Of a stretch of 64,000 nucleotides of DNA, positions 50,100-59,937 are shown one piece after another. Each line of letters begins with the position of its first letter. The stretch's first letter is position 1. Position numbers and translations under genes: made by a program. This DNA is from Gemmatimonadota bacterium (GTDB lineage Bacteria; Gemmatimonadota; Gemmatimonadetes; Palauibacterales; Palauibacteraceae): the NCBI GenBank assembly GCA_965116475.1, contig OZ220691.1, positions 544,001-608,000 of the forward strand. The letters run 5' to 3'. Below the pieces are notes generated by a model. The model was not told the origin of the DNA and ran no database searches. It saw only the letters and a program-made list of their open reading frames with translations.

Positions 50100-50519
50100 T
50101 CAGAGCACTCTGAACCCCTCGCGGCGCGCGGCGGCCGAGAGACGATCGTCGCTGCTGACCAGGTCCAGCCGCTGCGGATCTTCGCCGGCGGCCGTCAGCG
50201 CCGCGGCCAACTGCAACGCGTCGGCCGCGCGCAGCGGATGAAGCCGAAGCAGTCTGATCGCGCGCTTGCGAACCTGCTCCAGAGGCTCGATCTCGATCCA
50301 ACTCCCGGCCAACAGCCCAAGCTGGTCGAGGGACCGGTCGAGCCCGTCTCCCTCGAAACGGCCGTCGCGCTCCAGGCGGTTCAGAGCCGATGCGCATTCG
50401 ATCCGGCTTCCCCACCACGTCACGATCACCGGATCCCGGCGGATCGTCGCTCGGCGCTCGGCACTTCGCGGTTGGTCCAGCACGAGCGCGACCAGAGCTG
50501 AGGAGTCCCAGTACTTCAA
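50100..50519 (-). CDS. vapC: VapC-family PIN domain toxin
   Basis: YWDSSALV, E..SAL.R, LRAADALQLAAA, SSDDRL..AA..EG. Confidence 0.9.
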   Translation of the reverse strand: MKYWDSSALVALVLDQPRSAERRATIRRDPVIVTWWGSRIECASALNRLERDGRFEGDGLDRSLDQLGLLAGSWIEIEPLEQVRKRAIRLLRLHPLRAADALQLAAALTAAGEDPQRLDLVSSDDRLSAAARREGFRVL

Positions 50520-50815
50520 TCGCGCGCGCTGCGCTCGGCCACGATGATCTCGCTGGCCGTGTCGCCCTCGCTCGCGCGAACGAGGGGGGCATCCAGGAAG
50601 CGATCGACATCGAGAGGGGCGCGCGGCGGGACCGCAACGCCCCGCCGCAGGAGTTCGACCACGGCCTGCTCGGCGCCGGGGCCGTCGACCTGGCAGGGCT
50701 CGATCCGCGCGACGGGCCGTCCGCGGTGCGTGATCAGTACCGCCTCTCCACGCCGAACTTCGCTCAGCAACCCACTGAGTCCGTTCTTCGCCTCGCTGAC
50801 GCTGGCTCGTTTCAT
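50516..50815 (-). CDS. Phd/YefM family antitoxin
   Basis: SVSEAKN.LS.LL..VR.GE.VLIT.RGRPVARI. Confidence 0.9.
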   Translation of the reverse strand: MKRASVSEAKNGLSGLLSEVRRGEAVLITHRGRPVARIEPCQVDGPGAEQAVVELLRRGVAVPPRAPLDVDRFLDAPLVRASEGDTASEIIVAERSARD

Positions 50816-50890
50816 CTGGCTATAATGGCCATATGGATATGGTCCGTCAAGCGTTCCTGGACACGACCCCTCTGCACTGCCCGAGTTACC

Positions 50891-51676
50891 TCACCCGATG
50901 GCGAACACGAGGCCGCCCTGGAAGGCTACGTGGGCGGTCTTTCGCCCTTCATCGTCGATGTTGGAGAGGCCCCTGGCGTAGATGACCTCGAACCCCAGGC
51001 CCATCGAATCGGTCAGTCGCACCTCGAACCCGCCGCCGACGGCGAGTCCGAAGTCGGTGGACTTGACCGCGCTCACGCCGCCCTCCCCGCAGGCCACCGC
51101 CGCGTCCTCCGCGCTCGCCGTCCGTCCCGCGCCCCCGGTTCCTCCCGCGCTGACGCGGCTGGGAATCCCCGGCGGAACCTCGGGGCGGAGGGGCCCGGGA
51201 TCGACGGACGACACCGCCACCTGGCACGAGAGGTTGAAGGCTACGTAGGGCCCGGCGAGCAGGCCAAAGCTGAGACCGCCCCCTTCGGCGTCGGTGCCCG
51301 CCCGGAAGAGCGCGGAGAGCTGCAGGTAGTCCATCTCGGCCTTCGACTCGGAGAGCAGGCGGCTCGCGACGATCGAGGGCGGCACCTCCGCGGCGCCACC
51401 CTTCTGGAGCAGTCCCAGGCCGAGGCGCACGCCCAGGCCGCCGCTCAGCGGCATCCCCGCGTCCACCCCCGCCACGATCCCGCCCCTGGGTTCGTCGAAC
51501 GCGGATGCGCCTCGCGTGTCCCGGTCACCCGCGGACAGGGATGCGGAACCGAGGCCGACCCTCACGCCGATGGTCGTCTGCGCCGCGAGCGGCAGGGCGA
51601 GCGGTGCGGCCGCCAGCGCGAAACCCAGGGCCAGAGCGTGGATGGCGGCTTGCGCGGAACTACGTCCTGCGGACAT
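50891..51676 (-). CDS. Outer-membrane beta-barrel (porin family) protein
   Basis: Signal peptide then QTTIGVRVG; QKGG; YLQLS.L; LLAGPY.AFNLSC; STDFGLAVGGG. Confidence 0.8.
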   Translation of the reverse strand: MSAGRSSAQAAIHALALGFALAAAPLALPLAAQTTIGVRVGLGSASLSAGDRDTRGASAFDEPRGGIVAGVDAGMPLSGGLGVRLGLGLLQKGGAAEVPPSIVASRLLSESKAEMDYLQLSALFRAGTDAEGGGLSFGLLAGPYVAFNLSCQVAVSSVDPGPLRPEVPPGIPSRVSAGGTGGAGRTASAEDAAVACGEGGVSAVKSTDFGLAVGGGFEVRLTDSMGLGFEVIYARGLSNIDDEGRKTAHVAFQGGLVFAIG

Positions 51677-51897
51677 GGCGTCTCCCCCCATGCGAATTGT
51701 GTACGCTGGCAGCCACCCACCAACCCCGCGGCGGCGACCCCTCCCCGCCCCATTCTCCGCCGTTGGGCTCCGATCATCAACCGGCGCGCTGTTGAGGTGT
51801 CTTCCTGCCTTTGTATTATGTGTGACGGTCGTGTGACGGCCGCTTGAAATCCATGCGACCGCATCCTTCACTCTCACACATCCCAGGTCTCCGACCC

Positions 51898-52737
51898 ATG
51901 ATCGATATCAACGAAATCGGTGCGACCGCCTTCGTCATCGCGTCCATCCGGGCGCTGGAACCCGAGAAGCCGCGGCCGCTGTTCAACGATCCCTACGCGC
52001 CGTGGTTCTCGAACGACCGGGCGCGCACGGCGGCGCGGCAACTGGACGCGGCGTTCCCGCCCTCGACCACGATGGTCCGCTTCCGCACCCGCTTCTTCAA
52101 CCGGTTCGTCGAGCGCGGGATCGTGGACGGGGCCCGGCAGGTCGTGCTGCTCGGGGGCGGCTTCGACATGCGCGCCCACTTCTACCGCGGCACGGGCGCG
52201 ACCTTCTACGAGGTGGACCAGAAGGCGGTCCTCGAGTTCAAGCGCCACATCCTGTCGGACAACGGGGTCGAACAGCCGCCGTCGCTCTTCGCCAACTACC
52301 TGGAGGCGGACGTTCCGGGCGGTCTGGCCGACCTCGGCTTCGACCCCGCGGCGCCCACGCTGATGGTGTGGGAGGGCAACACGATGTACCTGCCCCCCGA
52401 GAGCATCATGCCGTTCCTGAACCGGCTCGGGAGCGCGATGCCGTCGCTCCGCATCGCCTTCGACTACTTCTCGGTCGACCTGCAGCGCCGCGAATTCGAC
52501 AACGAAGAGGACCGCAGGCGACTCGAGGGCGTGGAGCGCGCGATGAACGCCTCGTTCCCCACCGGCTTCCCCGACCTCACGGTGTTCGAGAAGCAGGCGC
52601 CGTTCGAGGTGGCGGAGTCCGGCACGTTCGCCGAACTGGCCGAGGAATACGGCCTGGGCGAGATGGTGGCCGAATACCCCGAGGACTGGCGCGAAACCCT
52701 GAAACTCTACCGCTACTGCGTACTGAAACGGCGGTAG
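51898..52737 (+). CDS. SAM-dependent methyltransferase (leucine carboxyl methyltransferase-like)
   Basis: RALE, LFNDPYA, RTRFF, QVVLLGGGFDMRA, YEVDQ, WEGNTMYL. Confidence 0.9.
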   Translation: MIDINEIGATAFVIASIRALEPEKPRPLFNDPYAPWFSNDRARTAARQLDAAFPPSTTMVRFRTRFFNRFVERGIVDGARQVVLLGGGFDMRAHFYRGTGATFYEVDQKAVLEFKRHILSDNGVEQPPSLFANYLEADVPGGLADLGFDPAAPTLMVWEGNTMYLPPESIMPFLNRLGSAMPSLRIAFDYFSVDLQRREFDNEEDRRRLEGVERAMNASFPTGFPDLTVFEKQAPFEVAESGTFAELAEEYGLGEMVAEYPEDWRETLKLYRYCVLKRR

Positions 52738-52764
52738 TCTATCTGCTTGGTTCGGACCGCACGA

Positions 52765-53082
52765 TCACACTTCGACTTCTCTGAACTGACCTTGTTGCAT
52801 CTCGTTCACGGCCGAGCGGACCTTGTCGATTCGCGCTCGAATCCGCGGCCAAGCGGTCGATCGCAGAACCAGCACCGCCACTCCCCGCGCCTCGAGGTCC
52901 TGCTGGTGTCGCAGACTCTGATCGGTCGTGATCAGAAGTTCGTAGTCGTGCTCCTCAGCTTTGTCCAGCAAGGCACTGTTTCGAAGCTCGGACCACCCGC
53001 GCTCATAGGCCGTATCCACGTGGTGGCCCTCAAGATGCCGTCGGAGCGGCACAGGGGTCCCCTGGTCGAACAGGATCTTCAC
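52765..53082 (-). CDS. DUF5615 PIN-like toxin
   Basis: MKILFDQGTP, GW..L.N..LL..AE, LITTDQSL.HQQ. Confidence 0.85.
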   Translation of the reverse strand: MKILFDQGTPVPLRRHLEGHHVDTAYERGWSELRNSALLDKAEEHDYELLITTDQSLRHQQDLEARGVAVLVLRSTAWPRIRARIDKVRSAVNEMQQGQFREVEV

Positions 53083-53306
53083 TGACCACCGACGCCCGCC
53101 AGCGCTTCCACTTCGTGGTCGAGGACGGACTCGACCTGCCAGCGCTCCACGCCCTGAAACCAGTCGAGAAACTGCTCAATCGAGGCGCCCGCCCGCAGGT
53201 TCTCGAACAGGGCGCTCAGCGGAACCCGTGTGCCCGCAAATACCCAAACTCCGCTGACCTTCCGCGGATCACGCTCCACGGCGTCACATTCCTTCCAATT
53301 CGGCAT
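53079..53306 (-). CDS. DUF433 antitoxin
   Basis: VERDP.KVSG.WVF.GTRVP.SALFENL..GASIE.FL.WF. Confidence 0.9.
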   Translation of the reverse strand: MPNWKECDAVERDPRKVSGVWVFAGTRVPLSALFENLRAGASIEQFLDWFQGVERWQVESVLDHEVEALAGVGGQ

Positions 53307-53445
53307 TAGGGCACCTCGCTTCCGAGCCCAAGGCCCGACTCCACGACACGCGATCCTGTCAAGGTAGCATCGCCACCCGCCGGAATCGCCAGCGTCGGGG
53401 TCGCGGGTTGTATACCCCCCGAGAGCCATGGGCCTCCTGACCGCA

Positions 53446-54456
53446 TCAGTCGCGGTTTCCGTGGCGGTCGAAGAATTCGTCGGTGCGCGCGGGGAGGAGG
53501 AGACGGTCGGCGATGGCCGCAATCTCTTCCGCCTCCTTCCACGCCTGTTCCAGGATCCAGAGTTCGCCCTCGAGCGCGCGGCGTTCCTGCTCTTCGTGAA
53601 GGGACATTTCCAGAGCGAGGCGCGTGGGCTGGGACATGCTGCGGATGCGTCCCTTCTGACGCAGCGCTCCGACGCGGTCCCGGTTGGCCACATCGGCAAG
53701 AAAACGACGGGGGTGGCCGCTGGATTCGATTTCAGCCACGGCCCGCTGGACGGCGGAGCGGGAACCACCCCACCCGTTCAGGTGCGGGACGACGGCCGCC
53801 GCCACGCGCCGGGCGTCTTCGCCTGCGAACCAGGCCTTCTGCAGCGACCGTCTGATCTCGACGCCGAATCCGAGGTCGCCATCGTCGGGCAAGATGCGAA
53901 TAGACCCCAGGTCGAGGAATCTGAACTTCGCGACGTTTTCCGCAGTGACGGGGCCATCCTCGCGTGCCTTGCCACCGACACGAACCTTGGCCATCGGGCG
54001 GAGGTAGACCCATCCCAGCAGGGACCATGTGGCAACCATACCAAGGGCGGCCGTGACCCCCAGACCGGTTAGCACCCACCCGCCTCCCAAGCCGGCAGCG
54101 ACCCCGAGCCCCGTGCGGCGCATCCGCCTCCCGAACTGGTCGCCGTAGCGCCAGGCGGCGAACTCGGGCCGGGGCGGCTTCCCGATCCGCACCAGGTCCA
54201 GCCCTTCCTTGTGGCGCGCGATCCCGATGTTCTCGGTCGAGGCCCGGGTGCGCGTGTCGCGGAAGATGCGCTCGCAGGTCTCGATCGCCTCCCAGCGCTC
54301 CTCAAGCGGGGTCAGGTTCCACCGGTGGCACTTTCTGCAGACTACCCAGAGCCTCCCCTTCGCCGCGTCGAACGCGAGCCTCCGTCCAACGGGGAACTCC
54401 TCCACCACCTCGTTGGAGTCGAGGGGTTTCTTGCAGAAGATGCAGGTCTTGTACAC
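53446..54456 (-). CDS. Hypothetical protein with N-terminal CxxC...CxxC and central TM segment
   Basis: MYKTCIFC...RLWVVCRKC.RWNLTPLEERWEAIE; C-terminal ALEMSLHEEQERRALEGEL; GAGGAG Shine-Dalgarno. Confidence 0.8.
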   Translation of the reverse strand: MYKTCIFCKKPLDSNEVVEEFPVGRRLAFDAAKGRLWVVCRKCHRWNLTPLEERWEAIETCERIFRDTRTRASTENIGIARHKEGLDLVRIGKPPRPEFAAWRYGDQFGRRMRRTGLGVAAGLGGGWVLTGLGVTAALGMVATWSLLGWVYLRPMAKVRVGGKAREDGPVTAENVAKFRFLDLGSIRILPDDGDLGFGVEIRRSLQKAWFAGEDARRVAAAVVPHLNGWGGSRSAVQRAVAEIESSGHPRRFLADVANRDRVGALRQKGRIRSMSQPTRLALEMSLHEEQERRALEGELWILEQAWKEAEEIAAIADRLLLPARTDEFFDRHGNRD

Positions 54457-54497
54457 AACACTCCTCTTCGGCCGCCACCACGCTGAAGTTGCTACGA

Positions 54498-54517
54498 GAC
54501 GTTCCCGCGGGAACGTC
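54498..54517. repeat. Palindrome copy 5, GACGTTCCCGCGGGAACGTC (20-bp perfect)
   Basis: Read directly; lies in a divergent intergenic region. Confidence 0.95.
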
Positions 54518-54668
54518 CGTCAAGCGTCCACAAGATTTGATCAGCGGCGGAATGACGGGCTTCACGGAAAAGTCGTATGACCCCTCTTCTTGTCACCGTC
54601 CAGTTGGGTCGCCGATCATGATCCGGTAGGCGGACGGTCCCGTTCACCCCTGGCGAGGGAGCGAATCG

Positions 54669-55229
54669 ATGGTTTCCGTGTTCAGCCTGTGGCTGCCGAT
54701 CCTGGTCTCCGGCGTGCTCGTGTTTCTCGCGAGTTGCGTCATTCACATGGTCCTCAACTACCACCGGCACGACTACCGGGCGCTCGCGGACGAGGACGGC
54801 GTGATGGACGCCCTCCGCGACTTCGACATCCCCGGCGGCACCTACGCCGTCCCGCACGCCGCGTCCCGCGAAGTCCTGATGAGCGAGGCGTTCCAGGAGA
54901 AGGTGAAGCGGGGCCCGGTCGCGTTCATGACGGTGCTGCCCCCCGGCCATCCCCTCATGCGGAGCAGCCAGCTCGTGCAGTGGTTCGTCTACTGCCTCGT
55001 CGTGAGCCTGCTCGCGGCGTACGTCACCGGCCTCGGGCTCGGACCGGGCGCGGAGTACATGTCGGTCTTCAAGATCGCCTCGACGGCCGCGGTGATGGGA
55101 TACGCGCTCGCCCACGCCCAGGACGCGATCTGGACGTTCCAGGGCTGGCCGGCGACGGCCCGCAGCATGTTCGACGGCGTCGTCTACGGCCTCCTGACCG
55201 GCGGCGCCTTCGGCTGGCTCTGGCCCTGA
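54669..55229 (+). CDS. Hypothetical membrane protein
   Basis: LWLPILVS.VLVFLAS.VIHMVL.YH..DY...YGLLTGG.FGWLWP; several TM segments. Confidence 0.8.
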   Translation: MVSVFSLWLPILVSGVLVFLASCVIHMVLNYHRHDYRALADEDGVMDALRDFDIPGGTYAVPHAASREVLMSEAFQEKVKRGPVAFMTVLPPGHPLMRSSQLVQWFVYCLVVSLLAAYVTGLGLGPGAEYMSVFKIASTAAVMGYALAHAQDAIWTFQGWPATARSMFDGVVYGLLTGGAFGWLWP

Positions 55230-55618
55230 CTCAGCCCTGAGACTGCGCGCAGGTGGTCGCGGATCGCCTGCTCGCTGAGCGTGTTGCGGCGCCGGCACTC
55301 CATGGTCCACAGGGCGCCGTGGACCTGGGAGACGATGAACGACCCCGCAATGATGGCGGAACCGACGCGGTATCCGTCGTAGGCGTCATCCGAATCGAAC
55401 GCGTCGCGCGACTCTCCCCAGACGCCCACGGCCTGTCCGAGGTGCCCCCAGCCGACGACGCCATCGATGACCGGAGCTACGAGGCTGCGGGTGCAGTCGC
55501 CGCGCGCCACCGGGCCCTCGCCCTTGGGCGGCCTGCGCATAAAAAGCATGGAGCACCCGCTCGAGAGCAGTGCGATGGCGAGGACCACCGGGACCGCGAA
55601 ACGACGTTCAGCCGACAA
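55184..55618 (-). CDS. Hypothetical lipoprotein (paralog of 6313-6711)
   Basis: Lipobox LSSGC; motifs shared with 6313-6711; start uncertain (55618 or 55672). Confidence 0.65.
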   Translation of the reverse strand: MSAERRFAVPVVLAIALLSSGCSMLFMRRPPKGEGPVARGDCTRSLVAPVIDGVVGWGHLGQAVGVWGESRDAFDSDDAYDGYRVGSAIIAGSFIVSQVHGALWTMECRRRNTLSEQAIRDHLRAVSGLSQGQSQPKAPPVRRP

Positions 55619-56300
55619 CGAACACGAGCCCGCTCTGCAGGGCCAGGTGACGGTTTCTGGTTCCGTCGTCATCGATCCGGGAGAGGCCCGTCGCGTAGAT
55701 CAGATCGAACGCGAGGCGCAGCGAATCGTTCAGCCTTGCCTCGACACCCGCTCCAACGGCCAACCCGAAGTCGGTCGACCTGAAGTCGGCGCCCTCGGCC
55801 TCGGTGCATGACATCGCGGCGCCCTCGGAGGGGCGGACGAGAAAGGTGATCGCTCCGAGTTGTCTTTCGCTGCCCCGCACATCGAGACCGCATGAAAGGT
55901 TGAAAGCCATGTAGGGACCGGCGAGCAGGCCTATGTTGACGAGTCCCCGCTCGGTGTCCGTACCAGCGCGGAGGAGCGTGGAGAACTGCAGATAGTTCAG
56001 CTCGGCCATCGCATCGTAGAACGACCTGCCCGCACCGATCGTCGGCGGCACATCGATGCTGCCGCCCTTCTGTGCCAGCGCCACGCCGACACGTGCGTCC
56101 AGGAAGCCGGGCAGCGGGATCCCCACGTCGAGCCCCGCCGCGACCCCGAGTATGGCCCCGCTTTCCACGTGCCGCGCTTCGTCGGTCAGGGACGCGGTGC
56201 TGACTCCGCCCTTGAGACCGATCGTCGTCTGCGCGGCGAGTGGCGCGGCCGCCAGCGACGCGAGCATGGTTGCGGCGAGGGCCTTCGTCGGGGCGGACAT
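55608..56300 (-). CDS. Outer-membrane beta-barrel (porin family) protein
   Basis: QTTIGLKGG, AQKGG, LNYLQFSTL, LLAGPYMAFNLSC, STDFGLAVGAG. Confidence 0.8.
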   Translation of the reverse strand: MSAPTKALAATMLASLAAAPLAAQTTIGLKGGVSTASLTDEARHVESGAILGVAAGLDVGIPLPGFLDARVGVALAQKGGSIDVPPTIGAGRSFYDAMAELNYLQFSTLLRAGTDTERGLVNIGLLAGPYMAFNLSCGLDVRGSERQLGAITFLVRPSEGAAMSCTEAEGADFRSTDFGLAVGAGVEARLNDSLRLAFDLIYATGLSRIDDDGTRNRHLALQSGLVFVVG

Positions 56301-57922
56301 CAGGACTCCCGGAGTCTGAAGCGCTGGATTTTTCCGGTCGCGGTCTTGGGGAGTTCGGCCGCGAAGCGGATCCAGCGCGGATACATGTAGCGCGGGAGGC
56401 CCGCCTGGCAATGTGCGACGAGTTCGGCCCGCAGCGTGTCGGCGGCCGGGGGCGCGCCCGCCGTCTCCCGGAGCGGCTCCGACAGTACGACGTGCGCCTC
56501 CGGCTTCACGAGGCCGTGGTCGTCTTCGCGGCCCACGACCGCCGCCTCCAGCACGGAGGGATGTTCCATGAGGCGGGCCTCGATGTCGAACGGGGAGCAC
56601 CAGATCCCGCCCACTTTCATCATGTCGTCGGCGCGGCCCTGGTAGTGAAACCAGCCCTCCGCTTCGCGCACGTACTGGTCGCCGGTGCGGAGCCAGCCGT
56701 CGACGATCGTCCGTCCCTCGAGTTCCGGACGGTTCCAGTAGCCGGGGGTCGTCGAGTCGCCGCGGATCTCCAGTTGTCCCGCCTCGCCCGGCGCGGCCAC
56801 AGCGCCGCCTTCAGCGCCGTCCTCGCCCACGATCCGCGCCTCGTAGCCGGGGACGACGCGGCCGGTGCTCCCGGGTTTCACCTCTCCCGGTGCGTTGGAG
56901 ATGAAGATGTGAAGCGCCTCGGTCGAGCCGATCCCGTCCAGGATCTCGAGCCCCGTCGCCGCCTCCCAGCGGCGGAAGAGGTCCGGGGGCAGCGCCTCGC
57001 CGGCGGAGACGCACAGCCGCAGCGAACTCAGATCCGGACCGCCAGCCGCCGCCTGGTCGAGTGCCTGCAGCTGGGCGGCGTAGAGCGTCGGCACCCCGAA
57101 ATACGCTGTCGGCCGTAGCGTCTCGATCGTCTCGAAGGTCGTCGCGGGCGTCGGCCGCCGCTCATCGAGGATCGCGGTACCTCCCACCCACAGCGGGAAG
57201 GTCATCGCGTTCCCGAGTCCGTACGCGAAGAAGAGCTTGGCCGCCGAGTAGCAGCGGTCGTCCTCTCCCAACCCCAGGATCCCCACGGCGTAGTGCTCGC
57301 AGGTGGCGGGCATATCGCGGTGGCGGTGCGGCACCCCCTTGGGACGGCCCGTGGTGCCCGAGGAGTAGAGCCAGAACGCGATGTCGTCCGGCTGGGCGGT
57401 CGCGGCCTCCAGCTCCGGAGCGGCCGCGGCGACGTCGTCCAGCACCCCGCCCTCCGCCTCGAGCGCGAGCCCGCGGGCGCCCGTGCGCACCGCCGCCAGC
57501 GCCGGCACGACCTCGGACGCGAACTCCGGCGAGTACACGACGGCCCGGCACTCGGAGTCGGCGATGATGAACGCGAGGTCCCGCGCCCGCATGAGGTAGC
57601 TCACCGGCACCGGCACGATCCCCGCCTTGATCGCCCCCCAGAAGAAAAAGAAGAACTCCGGACAGTCCTTCACGACCATCAGCACGCGGTCGCCCGGCGC
57701 GAGCCCGAGCCCGAGGAGCGCGTTCCCGGCCCGCGCCACCCTCCCGGCCAGCTCCGCGTACGTGACCGTCGTTGCGGCCTGCGCGATGGCGACCCTGCCG
57801 CCCCGCCCCTCGGCCACATGCCGGTCGATGTACCACGAGGCCGCGTTGAACGTCTCCCCATACCGAAGACGCGCCGGGCGGGTGGAGCGGTCGATCGTGA
57901 GTTCCATCCGAATCATGGTCAT
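56300..57922 (-). CDS. Benzoate-CoA ligase family acyl-CoA synthetase
   Basis: FWLYSSGTTGRPKG, SAAKLFFAYGLGN, SAGEALP, DGIGSTEALHIFISN, LPKTATGKIQRF. Confidence 0.92.
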   Translation of the reverse strand: MTMIRMELTIDRSTRPARLRYGETFNAASWYIDRHVAEGRGGRVAIAQAATTVTYAELAGRVARAGNALLGLGLAPGDRVLMVVKDCPEFFFFFWGAIKAGIVPVPVSYLMRARDLAFIIADSECRAVVYSPEFASEVVPALAAVRTGARGLALEAEGGVLDDVAAAAPELEAATAQPDDIAFWLYSSGTTGRPKGVPHRHRDMPATCEHYAVGILGLGEDDRCYSAAKLFFAYGLGNAMTFPLWVGGTAILDERRPTPATTFETIETLRPTAYFGVPTLYAAQLQALDQAAAGGPDLSSLRLCVSAGEALPPDLFRRWEAATGLEILDGIGSTEALHIFISNAPGEVKPGSTGRVVPGYEARIVGEDGAEGGAVAAPGEAGQLEIRGDSTTPGYWNRPELEGRTIVDGWLRTGDQYVREAEGWFHYQGRADDMMKVGGIWCSPFDIEARLMEHPSVLEAAVVGREDDHGLVKPEAHVVLSEPLRETAGAPPAADTLRAELVAHCQAGLPRYMYPRWIRFAAELPKTATGKIQRFRLRES

Positions 57923-59088
57923 GAGTCCGGCTTCCGGTGCGCTGGCCCCTCCCGGTTCACCGGAAGGTGCCGCGTCCCGCACACCGTGAACTCCCATTCG
58001 CCGCGGCGCATGCGGTAGGGTTCCCGGACCGCCGGGACGACCACGTAGTTGCGGCCCAGGGGATAGCGCCGCCTCAGGGCTTCGACGGCGGTCTTCTCGA
58101 CTTCGTCCGCGTTGACCTTGCACTCGAACGCATCCAGGCGGCCGTCCCCGCGGCGCACGACGAAGTCCACTTCCCTGCCCGACTTGTCTCGCCAATAGAA
58201 GATGTCGTCGCCCAGGTGGCGGAACCGCAGCGAGTCCAGCACCAGGTGCTCCCATAGCACTCCGCGGTCATCATCGCGGATGCGACTCCAGCCCCGCTCG
58301 AAGGCGACGAAGCCCGTGTCGAAGGCGTAGCACTTGGGGCGGCTGACGATCTCCCCGCCCCCGCCGCCGCGAAAGGGACGAAGGAGGTGGACGGCGTGCG
58401 CGATTTCCAGGGCCTCGACGTAGGTCTTGACGGTCGGCCGGCTGAGCTCCGTCAGCCGAGAGAGACGGCTGTAATCGACCTGCCCGCCGCTCCATCTCAG
58501 CAGAAGCCGAAACAGCGACAGAAACCCTTGGCGGTTCCGGACGCGGAACAGTTCCAGGATGCCCCGCGCGTAGAAGCTGTCGATCCACTCCGAGAACGAC
58601 GGCGCCGACTTCGTTTCCGCCAGCAGCGGCTCCGGCAGCCCGCCGTGAAGCAGCCGGTGATCGAAACCCGCGCGTCCGAACGGTTCGGCACATTCCTCCC
58701 ACAGCACCGGACACAGGTGGACCGCGACCTTCCGGCCTGCCAGCGAATCGCGGAACTTTCCCGTGGCCGCCAGCGTGGACGATCCGGTGGCCAGGATCCT
58801 GAGCGCCGGGTATTCGTCGGCCGCGATCTTGAGGAGAAGACTGGGATCCGGCAGACGGTGTACCTCGTCCACGACAAGCACGGTTCCCGGTGCGAGGCCG
58901 CCGAGAAAGAGTTCGGGGTCGTCGAGTCTCCGGGCGGTGGACGGAAGATCGCAGTTCAGGTAGACGGCATCCGGCAACATCCGGGCGAGGGTCGTCTTCC
59001 CCACCCGCCGCACGCCGGACAGCCACACCACGGGCCTCTCGGCCCACGCCCGCCGGATTCTCTCCAGCCACATCGGACGCCGAATCAT
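57919..59088 (-). CDS. AAA_14 ATPase with DUF4143 domain
   Basis: GVRRVGKTT, VVDEVH, ATGSS, HGGLP, PKCYAFDTG, YWRDKSGREVDFV. Confidence 0.9.
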   Translation of the reverse strand: MIRRPMWLERIRRAWAERPVVWLSGVRRVGKTTLARMLPDAVYLNCDLPSTARRLDDPELFLGGLAPGTVLVVDEVHRLPDPSLLLKIAADEYPALRILATGSSTLAATGKFRDSLAGRKVAVHLCPVLWEECAEPFGRAGFDHRLLHGGLPEPLLAETKSAPSFSEWIDSFYARGILELFRVRNRQGFLSLFRLLLRWSGGQVDYSRLSRLTELSRPTVKTYVEALEIAHAVHLLRPFRGGGGGEIVSRPKCYAFDTGFVAFERGWSRIRDDDRGVLWEHLVLDSLRFRHLGDDIFYWRDKSGREVDFVVRRGDGRLDAFECKVNADEVEKTAVEALRRRYPLGRNYVVVPAVREPYRMRRGEWEFTVCGTRHLPVNREGPAHRKPDS

Positions 59089-59216
59089 AACCGTATTTTA
59101 CATTTGGTCGACCCAGATGACAAATACGATAGCAGCTTGGGCGCCGAGATCGCAGGCTCAAGGTGCGGCCACCGACGTCGTGCAGGCGTCGCTCACGACA
59201 TTAGCCTCCCTCGACA

Positions 59217-59771
59217 TTAGCCTCCCTCGACGGCTGCGGCGAAGGCTTCGACCTCGCGGGGGGATGTGAGGCGCACGAGCCGGATGTGCGCCCAGCGTGG
59301 GTCCGATATGCACGCGGCCATGTTTCGTCGCTTCCGCCTGTGCTGCGTGATGATCCAGCCCAGCAGCGAGTCGTGCCGCCAGACCAGGAGGTGGCGCCAG
59401 AACCGCTCCCGGTTCGTCCCCCACACCAGTTCCCCGGACCGCGACCGCCGCCACGAGCGGCGGAGGAAGCGCCACACGAGCAAGGACAGCGGCAGGTCGA
59501 GCCAAACGACGGTATCGAGACGCGGCCACAGGATCCGCCGGGAGAACCTCTCATACGAACCCGCGGCGACCCACCGCTCCCCGCGCGTCGCCTTTCGAAT
59601 TCGGCGCTCGAACCTGTCGGGGTCCGTCTGGTTCAGCCCGACCCAGCCCGGCAGCCAGTTGAGCGCATCCAGTTCCACGAATGGCGCATCCAGCGCCTCC
59701 GCCAGCCGCGCCGCGAGCGTGCTCTTCCCCGCCCCGCTGTTGCCCATCACCTGAATCCGGTCTCCGATCAC
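59217..59771 (-). CDS. Adenylate-kinase-like P-loop protein (FlaR / topology modulation family)
   Basis: GNSGAGKSTLA, VELDAL.W.PGW, WV..G.Y, DTVVWLDLP; start uncertain. Confidence 0.85.
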   Translation of the reverse strand: MIGDRIQVMGNSGAGKSTLAARLAEALDAPFVELDALNWLPGWVGLNQTDPDRFERRIRKATRGERWVAAGSYERFSRRILWPRLDTVVWLDLPLSLLVWRFLRRSWRRSRSGELVWGTNRERFWRHLLVWRHDSLLGWIITQHRRKRRNMAACISDPRWAHIRLVRLTSPREVEAFAAAVEGG

Positions 59772-59937
59772 AGCGTCCGTCGCGATTCGGCTCTCATGAA
59801 CTCGGCGGATCATGGTCGGCAGTCTACGCTGGAGCATGCCGGGCCGCTTGCCGCTCGGTCGGGGCGGGGGGCACAATGGCGGCCGACGTCCGAATCCAAT
59901 GCTCGATTCCGAACTCCAGTCCCGGGAGTCACTTCAG

